From an uncultured virus (IMG/VR IMGVR_UViG_3300033233_000003) (taxonomy: Duplodnaviria; Heunggongvirae; Uroviricota; Caudoviricetes): a stretch of DNA of 64,000 bases. A program made the translations under genes and the position numbers. Location of the stretch: the IMG/VR virus record IMGVR_UViG_3300033233_000003, one strand, 5' to 3'. The notes below the pieces were generated by a model. It worked only from the letters and a program-made list of their open reading frames with translations, did not search any database and was not told where the DNA came from. Positions 1 through 9,559 of this stretch are shown here, piece after piece (the stretch's first letter is position 1; every line of letters begins with the position of its first letter).

Positions 1-2288
1 ATGAGGCCCTTCTCCCGGAGCATGCGGGCGAGCTGGTCGGCTGCCGCACGCGCCTCGTGGGGGTTGTCCGATCCGGAGAGCGCGACGAGGCGCCGCAGGC
101 GTTCGATCAGGCCGAGCTTCTTCTCGACCTCTTTGCTGCGGGCTCCCTCCTCGTGAGTGACTGGATAGTTGACGATGCAGAAGAGCTTCCAGGTCGCCTC
201 CAGCGCGAGGTCGATCTCGAACTCTTCGGTGATGTCGAGGCAGACCTCCTCTTCTGGCTCGCAGATGGGCTCTGCCCAGATGCGTCTGCCGCCGACTCCG
301 CCGCCCGCAGGAGGCGGAGGTGGAGGTGGAACCGGAGGTGTGGGGCGCTCGTTCTGCTCGCCCTGCCACGGCTCGATCGCCGTCGTGGGTGTCGGGGTCC
401 ATTTCGTGCGGTACCAGATTTCGGAGTCGTCGGTGCCGACGCTGACGATCTCGTTCTGCTCGTCGTTCCACGGCGCGAAAGCGAGTCCGATCTGCAACGT
501 GGGCGGGGTCGGCAGCCATTCGTCGTCGACGATGGTGGGGCTAGCCCTCTCATCCTGCTCGTAGAGCCACAGGTCGAGCGCGATGGTCTGCGTGTCCGTC
601 CACTTGGTCGCGTACCAGACTTCCGAGTCGTCGGTGCCGACGCTGACGATCTCGTGCTGTTCCTGCGGCCAGAGATCGAGCATGATCGTCGGGGAGGCTG
701 CCCACTCGGTTCGGTACCAGGCTTCACCGTCGTCGTTTCCGACGCTGACGATCTCGTTCTGTTCCTGAAGCCACGTGTCGAGGAAGACCGTCCTCGACGG
801 CTCCGACCAGAACGTGACCCACATCTCGGAGTCGTCGTTTCCAACCGAGACGATCTCGTTCTGTTCAGAGAGCCACGGATCGAGAAATACGGTTCGCGAC
901 AGCTCCGACCAGAACGTGACCCACATCTCGGAGTCGTCGTTGCCTACCGAGATGATCTCGTTCTGTTCGTCGACCCAGGGCGCGAACGGTGCGCCAACGA
1001 CGGGCGCGGGCGGGAGCGGGAGCCAGTCCTCCTCCTGGACAGTGGGGCTCGCCTTCTCGTGCTGCTCGTAGACCCATTGGTCTAGGGTGATCGTGGGAGA
1101 GCTGGCCCACTCAGTTCGGTACCAAGCTTCGGAGTCGTCCGTGCCGACGCTGACGATTTCGTTCTGATCCTGCGGCCAGAGGTCGAGCGTGAAGGTCGGC
1201 GTGTCAGTCCACTTTGTCGTGTACCAGATCTCGGAGTCGTCGTTTCCGACCGAGACGATCTCGTTCTGTTCCTGAAGCCACGCATCGAGGAAGACAGTCC
1301 TCGGCAGCTCGGACCAGAGGGTGAGCCAGGTTTCCGAGTCGTCGTTTCCGACGCTGACGATCTCGTTCTGCTCGTCTAGCCACGGCGCGAGAGGTATGCC
1401 GATGACGGCTGCGGGTGGAGGTAGGAGCCAGTCTTCCTCGAAGATGGTGGGGCTCGCTCGCTCGCCTTGTTCGTAGACCCATTGGTCGAGGGTGACTGTC
1501 GGTGAGTCTATCCACTTGGTCGTGTACCAGACTTCCGAGTCATCGTTGCCGACGCTGACGATCTCGTTCTGTTCCTGGAGCCAAAGGTCGATCGCGGTGG
1601 TCGACGAGTCCGCCCACTTGGTCGCGTACCAGATCTCGGAGTCGTCGTTGCCGACGCTGACGATTTCGTTCTGTTCGCTCGACCACGGCGTGAACGGTTG
1701 TCCGAGCGTCGGGCTGACAGTGAGTGGTAGCCAGTCCTCTTCGGCGGCTGTAGGACTTGCCTTCTCGTGTTGCTCGTAGATCCACTGGTCGAGCGTGACC
1801 GTGAGCGTGTCGCTCCACTTGGTCGCGTACCAGATCTCGGAGTCGTCGTTGCCGACGCTGACGATCTCGTTCTGCTCGTGGCGCCATGGCTCTGGTTGCG
1901 GCGGCTGGGGCGGGACCGGGAGGACCACGCGCGAGTCCTCGTCGTCGTGGGCGACGACCGTGACCTCGCTTGGGTCGAAGATCGTGAGCGTGGACGCGGG
2001 CGGGGGTGGCCACGGAGCGAGCTGGACCCACTCGGTCTCCTCGACGAACGTAGTGGCAACGATGTCGTTCTGCTCGTAGCTCCACGGGTCGAGCGCGGTG
2101 GTCGTGGGCAGAGTCACGACCAGCGGCGGGGCGTCGCCCGTGTCCTTGGCAGGCGTCGGCAGGTCGCTCTGGTCGTAGGACCACGGCTGCTGAGCCGCCG
2201 GTGCGACCGCGGCCGGAGCGACGATGACGACCGCCTCCTCGTCGGGGACGAACGTCGCGGGAGTCAGTTGCGCGAGGAGGAGGGACAC
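1..2288 (-). CDS. Long tandem-repeat protein (unit ~33 aa, WxxEQNEIVSVG[NT]DDSE[IVM]W) with a Pro-rich linker and a DUF2786-like segment; runs off the window start
   Basis: Both ends translated by hand in one frame. GTG at 2288 follows AAGAGGTAGG and gives MSLLLAQLTPATF. The C-terminal part reads ...PPVPPPPPPPAGGG...IERLRRLVALSGSDNPHEARAAADQLARMLREKGL at the edge. Its absence from the ORF track fits an ORF with no stop in the window. Confidence 0.85.
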   Translation of the reverse strand, partial: MSLLLAQLTPATFVPDEEAVVIVAPAAVAPAAQQPWSYDQSDLPTPAKDTGDAPPLVVTLPTTTALDPWSYEQNDIVATTFVEETEWVQLAPWPPPPASTLTIFDPSEVTVVAHDDEDSRVVLPVPPQPPQPEPWRHEQNEIVSVGNDDSEIWYATKWSDTLTVTLDQWIYEQHEKASPTAAEEDWLPLTVSPTLGQPFTPWSSEQNEIVSVGNDDSEIWYATKWADSSTTAIDLWLQEQNEIVSVGNDDSEVWYTTKWIDSPTVTLDQWVYEQGERASPTIFEEDWLLPPPAAVIGIPLAPWLDEQNEIVSVGNDDSETWLTLWSELPRTVFLDAWLQEQNEIVSVGNDDSEIWYTTKWTDTPTFTLDLWPQDQNEIVSVGTDDSEAWYRTEWASSPTITLDQWVYEQHEKASPTVQEEDWLPLPPAPVVGAPFAPWVDEQNEIISVGNDDSEMWVTFWSELSRTVFLDPWLSEQNEIVSVGNDDSEMWVTFWSEPSRTVFLDTWLQEQNEIVSVGNDDGEAWYRTEWAASPTIMLDLWPQEQHEIVSVGTDDSEVWYATKWTDTQTIALDLWLYEQDERASPTIVDDEWLPTPPTLQIGLAFAPWNDEQNEIVSVGTDDSEIWYRTKWTPTPTTAIEPWQGEQNERPTPPVPPPPPPPAGGGVGGRRIWAEPICEPEEEVCLDITEEFEIDLALEATWKLFCIVNYPVTHEEGARSKEVEKKLGLIERLRRLVALSGSDNPHEARAAADQLARMLREKGL

Positions 2289-2299
2289 GGCCTACCTCT

Positions 2300-3751
2300 T
2301 TACTGGAAGAACCCCTCGATCGCGCACGACCCGCGGAAGATCTCGGTCGCAGTCGCGGTCGCAGTCGGCATTTTCAGGATCACGTGTAGAAACCTGCCCG
2401 GCTGCACTGTTTCACGTCCAGTCCACTCGATCTGCGGGTTGGTCGGCATCGCCGAGATGGCCGCGGCGATGGGGAAGGACTGAATGCCGATGATCTTGCG
2501 CATCGGCGTATACGGCGCGGCGGTCGCGAGCGAGACGGCGCTGGAGTTGAAGCCGAGACCCCACGACATCACCGTCGCGGTGGTGGCGACCGCGACGACG
2601 GTGTTGTAGCTGCTGATCGAGCATCGAGTGGCCGTGAAGGAGTACGGCGCAGGCACCGTGAAGCCAAAGAGCGCGTAGTCGGTCTCAGCGCCGGCCACGG
2701 CCGCGAATTGCCACTGGCCGCCGAGCGTGGTGTAGCCGGCGGCGGTGTTCGAGAGCGTCGCCGAGGCGGGCGCAGCCGAGTTCGCGTAGTTCGCGAGCTG
2801 GGTGAACGCGGTAGGGCTCGTGAGAGAGCCGTAGTTCATGTCAACCATCGACTGCTCCCAGGTCGGGCCGTAGCAGTCGATCATCCAGACGCTGGTCTGC
2901 GAGACGAACATCTGTACGGCAGTGCCGGTGGCACCGCTATTGTAGATACGATGCATCGCCGAGAGGTGCGTGGCGCCGAACGTGCCGATCGTGTTACCGA
3001 ACTCGACCGTCTGTTCGTTCACGAGGACGCCAGCCTGCGTCACGATCGTGAACGTCGCGCGAGTCTCTTCCAAGAAGACGGCGAAATACGCGTAATCAGT
3101 CGCGGGGACGCTGGCGAGGAACGTTGCGTTGCTGATCGGCGTTCCAAGTGCTTCGGCGCCATTGATCGACACTACGGGCACGTACTGCCCGGTGCCGTCT
3201 TTGCGCCAGACCGCGCCGTCGACGATGCTCGCGGCCGTGGCGGTCGTCGGGGCGCCGAACCCGCGCTCGATGAGGTTGTTCGTGAAGTGTGCCGTGTCCC
3301 TGGCTCGGCACCTGAAGGCAAGCGAGTTTCGGTTGATGAATGGGAATCGGCGGTGACTCGTGTGCAGCGCGCCGACGGTGGTCGCTACGCTCGCGCCGTT
3401 ATTGAAGTTCGTGCCGGTCACGATCGCCTGCACGATCGTCATCGTGGTCGTGGTCTGGATCCACTTGTTCGTGTCGACCGCGGCGCCCTCGATCGAGTCG
3501 TAGAGGAGCACCGTGTCGTCGCCGGACCTGAGCGTGCCGTCGGGTGATGCCCGTATCAGGCGTGCGAGCTTGTAGTCGTCGCCGCCGACGAGGAGCGCGC
3601 GGGTCGTGCCGGGCGTGATCCCCGTGCGGTCTTGGCGAGCGAGCGCCGTGGCGGCCGCCTGGTCGTCGTAGAGCGTGGCGCGGAGCGCCTTGTTGGCGTC
3701 CACCGTCACGAGCGTGCCGCCTCCGGCGCCGTCGACGATCATCAGTCCCAT
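2300..3751 (-). CDS. Putative virion structural protein, beta-rich (Thr/Ala/Gly-rich)
   Basis: 483-aa ORF in a tightly packed operon with spike-like genes; no catalytic motif seen. Confidence 0.6.
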   Translation of the reverse strand: MGLMIVDGAGGGTLVTVDANKALRATLYDDQAAATALARQDRTGITPGTTRALLVGGDDYKLARLIRASPDGTLRSGDDTVLLYDSIEGAAVDTNKWIQTTTTMTIVQAIVTGTNFNNGASVATTVGALHTSHRRFPFINRNSLAFRCRARDTAHFTNNLIERGFGAPTTATAASIVDGAVWRKDGTGQYVPVVSINGAEALGTPISNATFLASVPATDYAYFAVFLEETRATFTIVTQAGVLVNEQTVEFGNTIGTFGATHLSAMHRIYNSGATGTAVQMFVSQTSVWMIDCYGPTWEQSMVDMNYGSLTSPTAFTQLANYANSAAPASATLSNTAAGYTTLGGQWQFAAVAGAETDYALFGFTVPAPYSFTATRCSISSYNTVVAVATTATVMSWGLGFNSSAVSLATAAPYTPMRKIIGIQSFPIAAAISAMPTNPQIEWTGRETVQPGRFLHVILKMPTATATATEIFRGSCAIEGFFQ

Positions 3752-3762
3752 CGGTCAGGCCC

Positions 3763-4038
3763 CTAGTTCCACGCCCACATGAGGTTGAACTTTCCGTATG
3801 TATAGCCGAGGTCACAGAATCCGTACGCGACCGCGCTCACTCCTGCAACGATGGTTCCCGCGACGACGCGAAGCGGCTCGGCGAGATGTTCGTCGGCGGT
3901 GTGGTCGGCTGAGTCTTTGTAGTCGATCCATACCTCGACGCAGCTCCCCGCGCCGATTCCCGCCATTGGAATGACGACGCTGCCGTTCGTCGTTGGCGTC
4001 GTGCCGAAGTCGAGGATGGCGGACCCGCAGGCACCCAC
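3763..4038 (-). CDS. Small beta-rich putative structural protein
   Basis: GTG at 4038 gives MGACGSAILDFGTTPTTNGSVVI...KFNLMWAWN; abuts its neighbours. Confidence 0.6.
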   Translation of the reverse strand: MGACGSAILDFGTTPTTNGSVVIPMAGIGAGSCVEVWIDYKDSADHTADEHLAEPLRVVAGTIVAGVSAVAYGFCDLGYTYGKFNLMWAWN

Positions 4039-4040
4039 GG

Positions 4041-4241
4041 CTACTGCTCCGTGCCGACGAAGACCGCGTGGACGCGCTCCTCGTCGGTCTCCTGGTCGAC
4101 CTCCACACGCACCTCGTAGACGAGCTTCCTGCGCCCCGGCTTGCCAGGGTCGTCGAAGCGCATCTGGATGCCAGGCTTCAGATCCTCGACCTCCGCGACC
4201 TCTCCGCCGAGCGCGCCGCCGTGGAGTACCACGTGGCTCAT
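4041..4241 (-). CDS. Hypothetical protein
   Basis: MSHVVLHGGALGGEV...; ATGA overlap with the upstream gene. Confidence 0.6.
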   Translation of the reverse strand: MSHVVLHGGALGGEVAEVEDLKPGIQMRFDDPGKPGRRKLVYEVRVEVDQETDEERVHAVFVGTEQ

Positions 4242-4462
4242 GTGAGCCCCCTCCGGAACATCGGCACGCAGCCTGCGCATGCAAAGCGGCCGTCGACCGC
4301 CCGCTCGCTCGCGGCCGGCAGCACGCGCCAGCCCGCGGCGCGGCACTCTTCGATGAGCCTCGGGTAGTCGTGACGCAGCGGCGAGCGCGCGCCGCAGACA
4401 TCGCATTCGAGCATGAAGAGGCGCCCTGGGCGCGACATGACCTCCGGCTGGACGTGGGCCAC
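4238..4462 (-). CDS. Small zinc-finger-like protein
   Basis: CDVC...CAGC pairs. Confidence 0.55.
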   Translation of the reverse strand: MAHVQPEVMSRPGRLFMLECDVCGARSPLRHDYPRLIEECRAAGWRVLPAASERAVDGRFACAGCVPMFRRGLT

Positions 4463-4481
4463 GGGACTGCTCCTCTCCGCA

Positions 4482-4967
4482 TTACTCAGAGATGTCGAAG
4501 GCGCACTCGAATGCGAGCGAGACCGTCGCCGCGATGTTGTTCAGGTCGATGCTCTGGGTGTCGGCGGCGTTCAATTCGTAGCCGTCGTCCTGGTCGCGGG
4601 CCACCCAACCTCCCGGTCCTGCGGCGCCGCAGCCGCAGACGCCCAGCGCGGTCGGACCTCCGGTCCCGCTCGTGACCGTGGTGGCGGACATGCCGGCAGT
4701 TGCCGTTGCCGCCGGCGCAGTCCTGTCCTTCGGCGTCGGCGTGATCGCTGAGCCGGTCGACGCCGTGGTGAACCACTTGTTGACGCGGATCGCGATTCCG
4801 GAAATGGAGGTGAGGCTGCCGGCTCGCCCGATGAGGTCGATCTTGACCATCCTCGCCCCGCGTCCGGTGGCACCGGGCTTCATGAAGGCGAAGTCGTTGA
4901 GCGTGTTGACGACCGCGTTGGTGGTGACGAGCGCCGCGTTGGTGACGCCGTAGACGAAGACACCCAT
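4482..4967 (-). CDS. Putative beta-sandwich structural protein
   Basis: 161 aa with an alternating hydrophobic pattern; GGGAG RBS upstream; structural operon context. Confidence 0.55.
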   Translation of the reverse strand: MGVFVYGVTNAALVTTNAVVNTLNDFAFMKPGATGRGARMVKIDLIGRAGSLTSISGIAIRVNKWFTTASTGSAITPTPKDRTAPAATATAGMSATTVTSGTGGPTALGVCGCGAAGPGGWVARDQDDGYELNAADTQSIDLNNIAATVSLAFECAFDISE

Positions 4968-4970
4968 GAC

Positions 4971-5282
4971 CTAGACTCCCTTCAAGACGGCGACTTGGCG
5001 CGCGTGAGGCGTGCCGATCCAAGCACGGTGCGTCCAGCAGTGGTTGAGCGGGTCGTGGGCGACCTCGTGCTTAGGCAGGACGTGAGGCAGCGACTTTCCG
5101 TCGTTGGTCAGCGCTTTTCTGCCGAAGGCGGCGTCCCCTTCCGATGTGTCGAGGACGAACGAATCGGCCGTCGGGTCTCCGGCCGTCGATTCGATCGCCT
5201 GCCTGCCGCATCCGGGACATGCACACATCGCGGTCTCGGTCGGCGGCTTCTTCGTCTTCGTCAGGCTCTTGTCGTCGGCCAT
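4971..5282 (-). CDS. Hypothetical Cys/His-containing protein
   Basis: CACPGC...HCWTH; translationally coupled. Confidence 0.55.
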   Translation of the reverse strand: MADDKSLTKTKKPPTETAMCACPGCGRQAIESTAGDPTADSFVLDTSEGDAAFGRKALTNDGKSLPHVLPKHEVAHDPLNHCWTHRAWIGTPHARQVAVLKGV

Positions 5283-5668
5283 CAGAGCGGTCCTTTCGCG
5301 AGGCGTTCTCGAAACATCTTGGCGAGCGGCGTGTTCGGGTTCTCCAGCTCGGCCAGCAACTCCGTCTGCGTCATCTCCCGCTGGTGCTTGTCCAACTGCT
5401 CTTCTTTCACGCGCTGCCAGAATACCACATCAGGCTCGACGTAGTGGTCGAAGAGCTTGTCACCCCACTTCTCTGCACACGGGTCGCAGAGCCAGAACGT
5501 GAAGTTGCAGTTCTCCTCCGGGACATAGCCATTGTCCTTGCCGCAGTTGTGGCAATAGACCGGGATCCAGTTCGTGACGTAAGTCTCGTCGCCGAAAGTC
5601 TGGACCCTGCGCACCGAGCCGCGCGCCACTTTGGCGCGGCTGTCTGGGAGGATATCGAGGGCTGACAT
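5282..5668 (-). CDS. Zinc-ribbon-containing hypothetical protein
   Basis: CHNC...CDPC; start placed at MSALDILPDSR (uncertain). Confidence 0.6.
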   Translation of the reverse strand: MSALDILPDSRAKVARGSVRRVQTFGDETYVTNWIPVYCHNCGKDNGYVPEENCNFTFWLCDPCAEKWGDKLFDHYVEPDVVFWQRVKEEQLDKHQREMTQTELLAELENPNTPLAKMFRERLAKGPL

Positions 5669-5991
5669 GATCACGAGCATATGACAATGACGGATCGCTT
5701 GACAAATCATACTGCTGGTCTTTGAACCCTTCTCCAAGATAGTCTCTGGTGGATGCATGCGCGCTCTGCGCTGACGGCGAGCCGGTCGCCGAACTCCGTC
5801 ATCCACTCGGCCGGCGCTCGTCGCGTGGTGCAGGTCGCAGGTTGGGCCATGACCGCGGCATCGCTCTTGACGCCGTTTCCAGGCTGGCCGTCGATGACCC
5901 TCTCGGTCGGGATGCTCGGGCACGGCACGGCGACGAACGAGAGGTGCAAGCCGCGACGACTCGTGAGGTGAGTCCCCTCGGTCCTCTGCGT

Positions 5992-6261
5992 TCACCTGAA
6001 GGCGGACGTACCGGGCGCGACGGTGACCGCCGCCTCCGTCTCGCGCCCGCGCTCACGCCGACTCGAAGCCTCCGGCGCTCGCCTCGGCACCTGTGCCAGC
6101 TCGCTGCCACCGCACCGCGCGCACCTGCCCGCCCTGCGCGAGAGCTTGCCGCCGCACGCGCACCTGCCGCGCGGCATGCGCGAGAGCACCGCGCTGGCCT
6201 CGGGAGATGGTGAGGCGAGCATCATGCGCTCGATCTCGGCTTTGACTTGGGAGGGGGTCAT
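5992..6261 (-). CDS. Small Cys-containing hypothetical protein
   Basis: MTPSQVKAEIERMM...CACGG...CARC; starts just after the stop at 6263. Confidence 0.45.
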   Translation of the reverse strand: MTPSQVKAEIERMMLASPSPEASAVLSRMPRGRCACGGKLSRRAGRCARCGGSELAQVPRRAPEASSRRERGRETEAAVTVAPGTSAFR

Positions 6262-6262
6262 G

Positions 6263-8242
6263 TCACCCAATCTCGATGTCGTATGTGCTGGTGTCTTGGG
6301 CCGTCCCGGTGATGGCCACGCCGGTGCCAGGCGTGATGACGAACGTAGGCTCAACGCCAGCCACGCCTCCAGCCACGCGGCGCGTCAGCTTCACGGAGTC
6401 GGACGCCTTCACGTCCGGGAACGCGTAAGCGACCGCGACCGCGCCGGTGAGCACGAATGTGCCTTCTGGCGCCCCGTTGCCAGTGGGGCTGTTGACGAAA
6501 CTCGCCGCGTTGATCTGGTATGGCGTCGTCACGTTCAGGTCGTTGCGACCGTACTTGCGTAGCGTATTGCCGCCGTTGCCGCTGGAGTACCCGATGGCAC
6601 CACCTGCTCCAGTGATGGTGACGCCTTCGAGAATGCAGACTCCAGCGGCGCCGTTGCGGTGCAGGATCCCGAATGTCGCCCCGATCGACAGGTCGAGGTC
6701 GCGTAGCATCACCGTGCACGGCGACGCGATGTCCACGCCGTTCGCGTTGTTGCTCGTTGACTGCGCCCGGCCTCCGAGCACGCGCACGAACGCGCCTGCA
6801 ACCACGTCGGCGTCGATCCTCACGAAGCCGCTGTCTCCATAGCTCGACACGTCCGAAGACGTGATCTCAACCATGTTTACCGAGGCCCCGGCGACGCGCA
6901 TGAACCGCAGGTCGGAGAGGGACTTCGGAGCGATGAGCCGGCAGCCAGGACCCTGGATATCGAAGCCCACTACCGTCGCACGCTTCGACGTGCAGGCCGA
7001 GAACGTCGTGCGGGTAGCGTTCGCGCTCGTGCTGTAGTTCGTTTCGCAGTTCGTCACCGTGAGCCCGACGAACGTGCAGTCGGTCGAGCGCGAGAGGCTC
7101 ACGCCAGTCTGCGTGAAGTCGATCTCGCCGCCGTAGACGCGCACGTCGAAGCAGCCGACCGGCTGTGTGTTGCCTGGGTTCGTCCGTAGCGTCACGCCAG
7201 ATTGGCCGGTTGAAACGCTGTTCCCGCTCGTCGAGCAGGCGATGATGTCGCAGTTCGCACAGTCATAGGCAAGGACGCCTGTCCCGCTCCGCTCCGACCA
7301 GTGCGCCTCGCAGACAAGCCGCTCGCTCGACTCCATCTGAGTGGCCGCAGCGCAGTCGTAGGCCGCGATCCCGCTGCTCTTGCAGTCGAGGCAGGCGAGA
7401 TCCCACGACATGCCGTGCGGCGTGTTCGCACCAGTAGGACGCATCTCGAAGTCGGTCACGAGGCAGCGGTAGCCGCCCTGGATCCGGACGAAGCGGTCCA
7501 CCGTGCCGGTGAGCCTCGCTCCGTTGCCTTCGATGACGATGTCGTCGACCGGGACCGAGATCGGCCGCACGAGGTCATTGATCAGGAACGGGAAGAGCAC
7601 CGGACGGTCGAGCGTGAGCGTGAACGGGCCGATGCCAGCGACCGAGATCACCGTGTACTGCTGAGCGACGAATTGGTGGATCCCTGGGGTCTGTCCAATC
7701 CAGGGACGCGTGCCAGCCGGAAACGACGTGTTAGACGAGACAGTATTCGCACCGACCGTCACGCTCGCCGCCAGGACTGCCGCGCCTGCGTACGTCGGGA
7801 CGGCGTTGTAGATGAAAGACGTATCGGCGCCGGTGGCCTGGGTCGAAGTGATGACGACTCCAGGCTCGTGAACGATGTGACTCCCGGACGGGACATTCGC
7901 AGTCGTCGCCCACGTATAGGCTCCGGCGCGGAGATTCAGCCGCGCCTTATACGATATGGCCGTCAAAGCAGACTGGACCCTCGCCGCATCGTCTGCGCCT
8001 CCGCCGATCGACGCTATCGAGATCGCATCCGCCCCCAACAACCATCTCCCCGCCGTCCCGCCCGTCGGCGCGATGCTCGTCCACCCATCTACAGCCGTCA
8101 CGTCTCCAGGCACGAACAGGTAGTGCGCGTCTACCTCCTGGCAGTGCGTGACTACCCGCTGAGGCGGTCCTGGCAGAGAAGCGAGCGCGGCGAGCGTGCT
8201 CAGGCTAGCGGCGACGAGGGTGCGGGAGGAGATGAGGTCCAT
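6263..8242 (-). CDS. Spike/receptor-binding-like protein: shared N-terminal anchor plus right-handed beta-helix (pectate-lyase-like)
   Basis: MDLISSRTLVAASL anchor; GADDAARVQSAL...LRAGAY beta-helix entry motif; DIVIEGNGA and repeated coils. Confidence 0.75.
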   Translation of the reverse strand: MDLISSRTLVAASLSTLAALASLPGPPQRVVTHCQEVDAHYLFVPGDVTAVDGWTSIAPTGGTAGRWLLGADAISIASIGGGADDAARVQSALTAISYKARLNLRAGAYTWATTANVPSGSHIVHEPGVVITSTQATGADTSFIYNAVPTYAGAAVLAASVTVGANTVSSNTSFPAGTRPWIGQTPGIHQFVAQQYTVISVAGIGPFTLTLDRPVLFPFLINDLVRPISVPVDDIVIEGNGARLTGTVDRFVRIQGGYRCLVTDFEMRPTGANTPHGMSWDLACLDCKSSGIAAYDCAAATQMESSERLVCEAHWSERSGTGVLAYDCANCDIIACSTSGNSVSTGQSGVTLRTNPGNTQPVGCFDVRVYGGEIDFTQTGVSLSRSTDCTFVGLTVTNCETNYSTSANATRTTFSACTSKRATVVGFDIQGPGCRLIAPKSLSDLRFMRVAGASVNMVEITSSDVSSYGDSGFVRIDADVVAGAFVRVLGGRAQSTSNNANGVDIASPCTVMLRDLDLSIGATFGILHRNGAAGVCILEGVTITGAGGAIGYSSGNGGNTLRKYGRNDLNVTTPYQINAASFVNSPTGNGAPEGTFVLTGAVAVAYAFPDVKASDSVKLTRRVAGGVAGVEPTFVITPGTGVAITGTAQDTSTYDIEIG

Positions 8243-8245
8243 GGC

Positions 8246-9555
8246 TTACGGCTGATAGTCCGCGCCGACTTCCCACGGACGCAGCGGCGTGCCACCGGGG
8301 TAAGCCGCAGTGAGGACGGCGCCCGCACCGACGAGCGTGAGTGCTGCATTGCCGGACACGTCGTCTGTCAGCGCTCCGTCTAGCTCGTAGGTCGCGGCTC
8401 CACCCGTCGGGATCAGCGGCGCGTCGTGGAAGTAGTTGTCCTCGACTGCTCGCAATGCTTCCAGCGAACCTGGACGCGGCATCTCGGATCCCTTCCAGCA
8501 ACGTACGTTTGAGTAGTAGCCGGGTGTCGAGGCGTAGTCAGGACCGTTGCCGAGGAAGAACGTCTGTGCGCTCGCTAGCCACGTGCTTGCGAGCCCGTAG
8601 AGCAGTCCGACGAGCTTGGCGTTGCAGTAGAGGCCTACGACGGACTGTCCGGCGGTGGCGCTTCGGTACCAGATTCCGACGATGCGGTGCCACTTGTTTA
8701 CCTTCAGCGAGAAGTCGCATGCGGATCCGGTGATGTTGCCGACACCTGCGCCGTCGTATATCTGGAGCGTCAGTGCCTCACCTGCCTGCTGAAACAGATA
8801 CCAAGTCGCAGGCTCTGCGTGGCGCGGCCCCATCGCGGCTAGCGTGAGCGGACCTGCGGCGAGTGCCGTAGGGTACACGTCGAAGGCGAGCGCGTAGGAC
8901 CCGGCCAGGCCAGGCCCGGCCGGCATGTCGAGGCCTCCGGTCCCGGTCGCGAGCCTCGCGTCGTCGTTCGCGCCGAGGATGAGGGACCCGGCGAGGTTCC
9001 TCTGCTCCAGCACGCCTGGCAGTCCTGGCGCCGCTCCACCGCGACGGGCGGACGTGCTCATCCGCGTGTCTATCTGCGACGCGATCAGTCTCCCGATCGC
9101 CGCGTTGCCGAGTCGATTGAAGTGGAGACCGTCCTGAAAGTCTCCCGGGCCGACGGAGTTCTTCGTGTCGATGAAGATGATCCTGCCGTCGGTTGCGCAA
9201 TGTGCGGACAGCAGTGCAACATATGCGTCACGCAGCGCGTTCCACGTGAGGAAGTGGAAGCGAGCGTGGCGACGTGGCCCACGAAGTCGAAGTCGCCGTT
9301 GCTGTCGCCGACGAGCCAGAAGGGCATATACGGTGTCGTTACGAGCATCAGCAACCACCGTCCGGCCGTTCCTCCCGTCGGAGCGATGACGTTGAGTCCG
9401 TGCGCTGGGGTCACGTCTCCAGGGACGAACTCGTAGAACGCCTGGATCTCGTGACAGTACGTCACCACGCGCTGCGGCGGTCCTGGCAGAGAAGCGAGCG
9501 CGGCGAGCGTGCTCAAGCTCGCGGCGACGAGGGTGCGGGAGGAGATGAGGTCCAT
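8246..9555 (-). pseudogene. Frameshifted, internally deleted spike-like gene: shared anchor plus SGNH-hydrolase remnant plus LamG/ConA-like domain
   Basis: Frame A (9555 to ~9260) has the anchor and VGDSN..FDFVG. Frame B (~9260 to 8246) has DGLHFN and NKWHRIVGIW..LYCNAKLVG. SGNH blocks II/III are not seen. Confidence 0.65.
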
Positions 9556-9559
9556 GGGT

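Noticed and set aside
57..1085. Long + strand ORF, and similar antisense ORFs such as 45804-48977, 13485-14702 and 30330-31418
   Set aside because: These are mirror-frame shadows of real genes, typical of high-GC DNA.
400..1900. CRISPR-like or DGR repeats with a ~100-bp period
   Set aside because: Variation follows codon structure in an open frame; it is not adenine-specific, and no reverse transcriptase is present.
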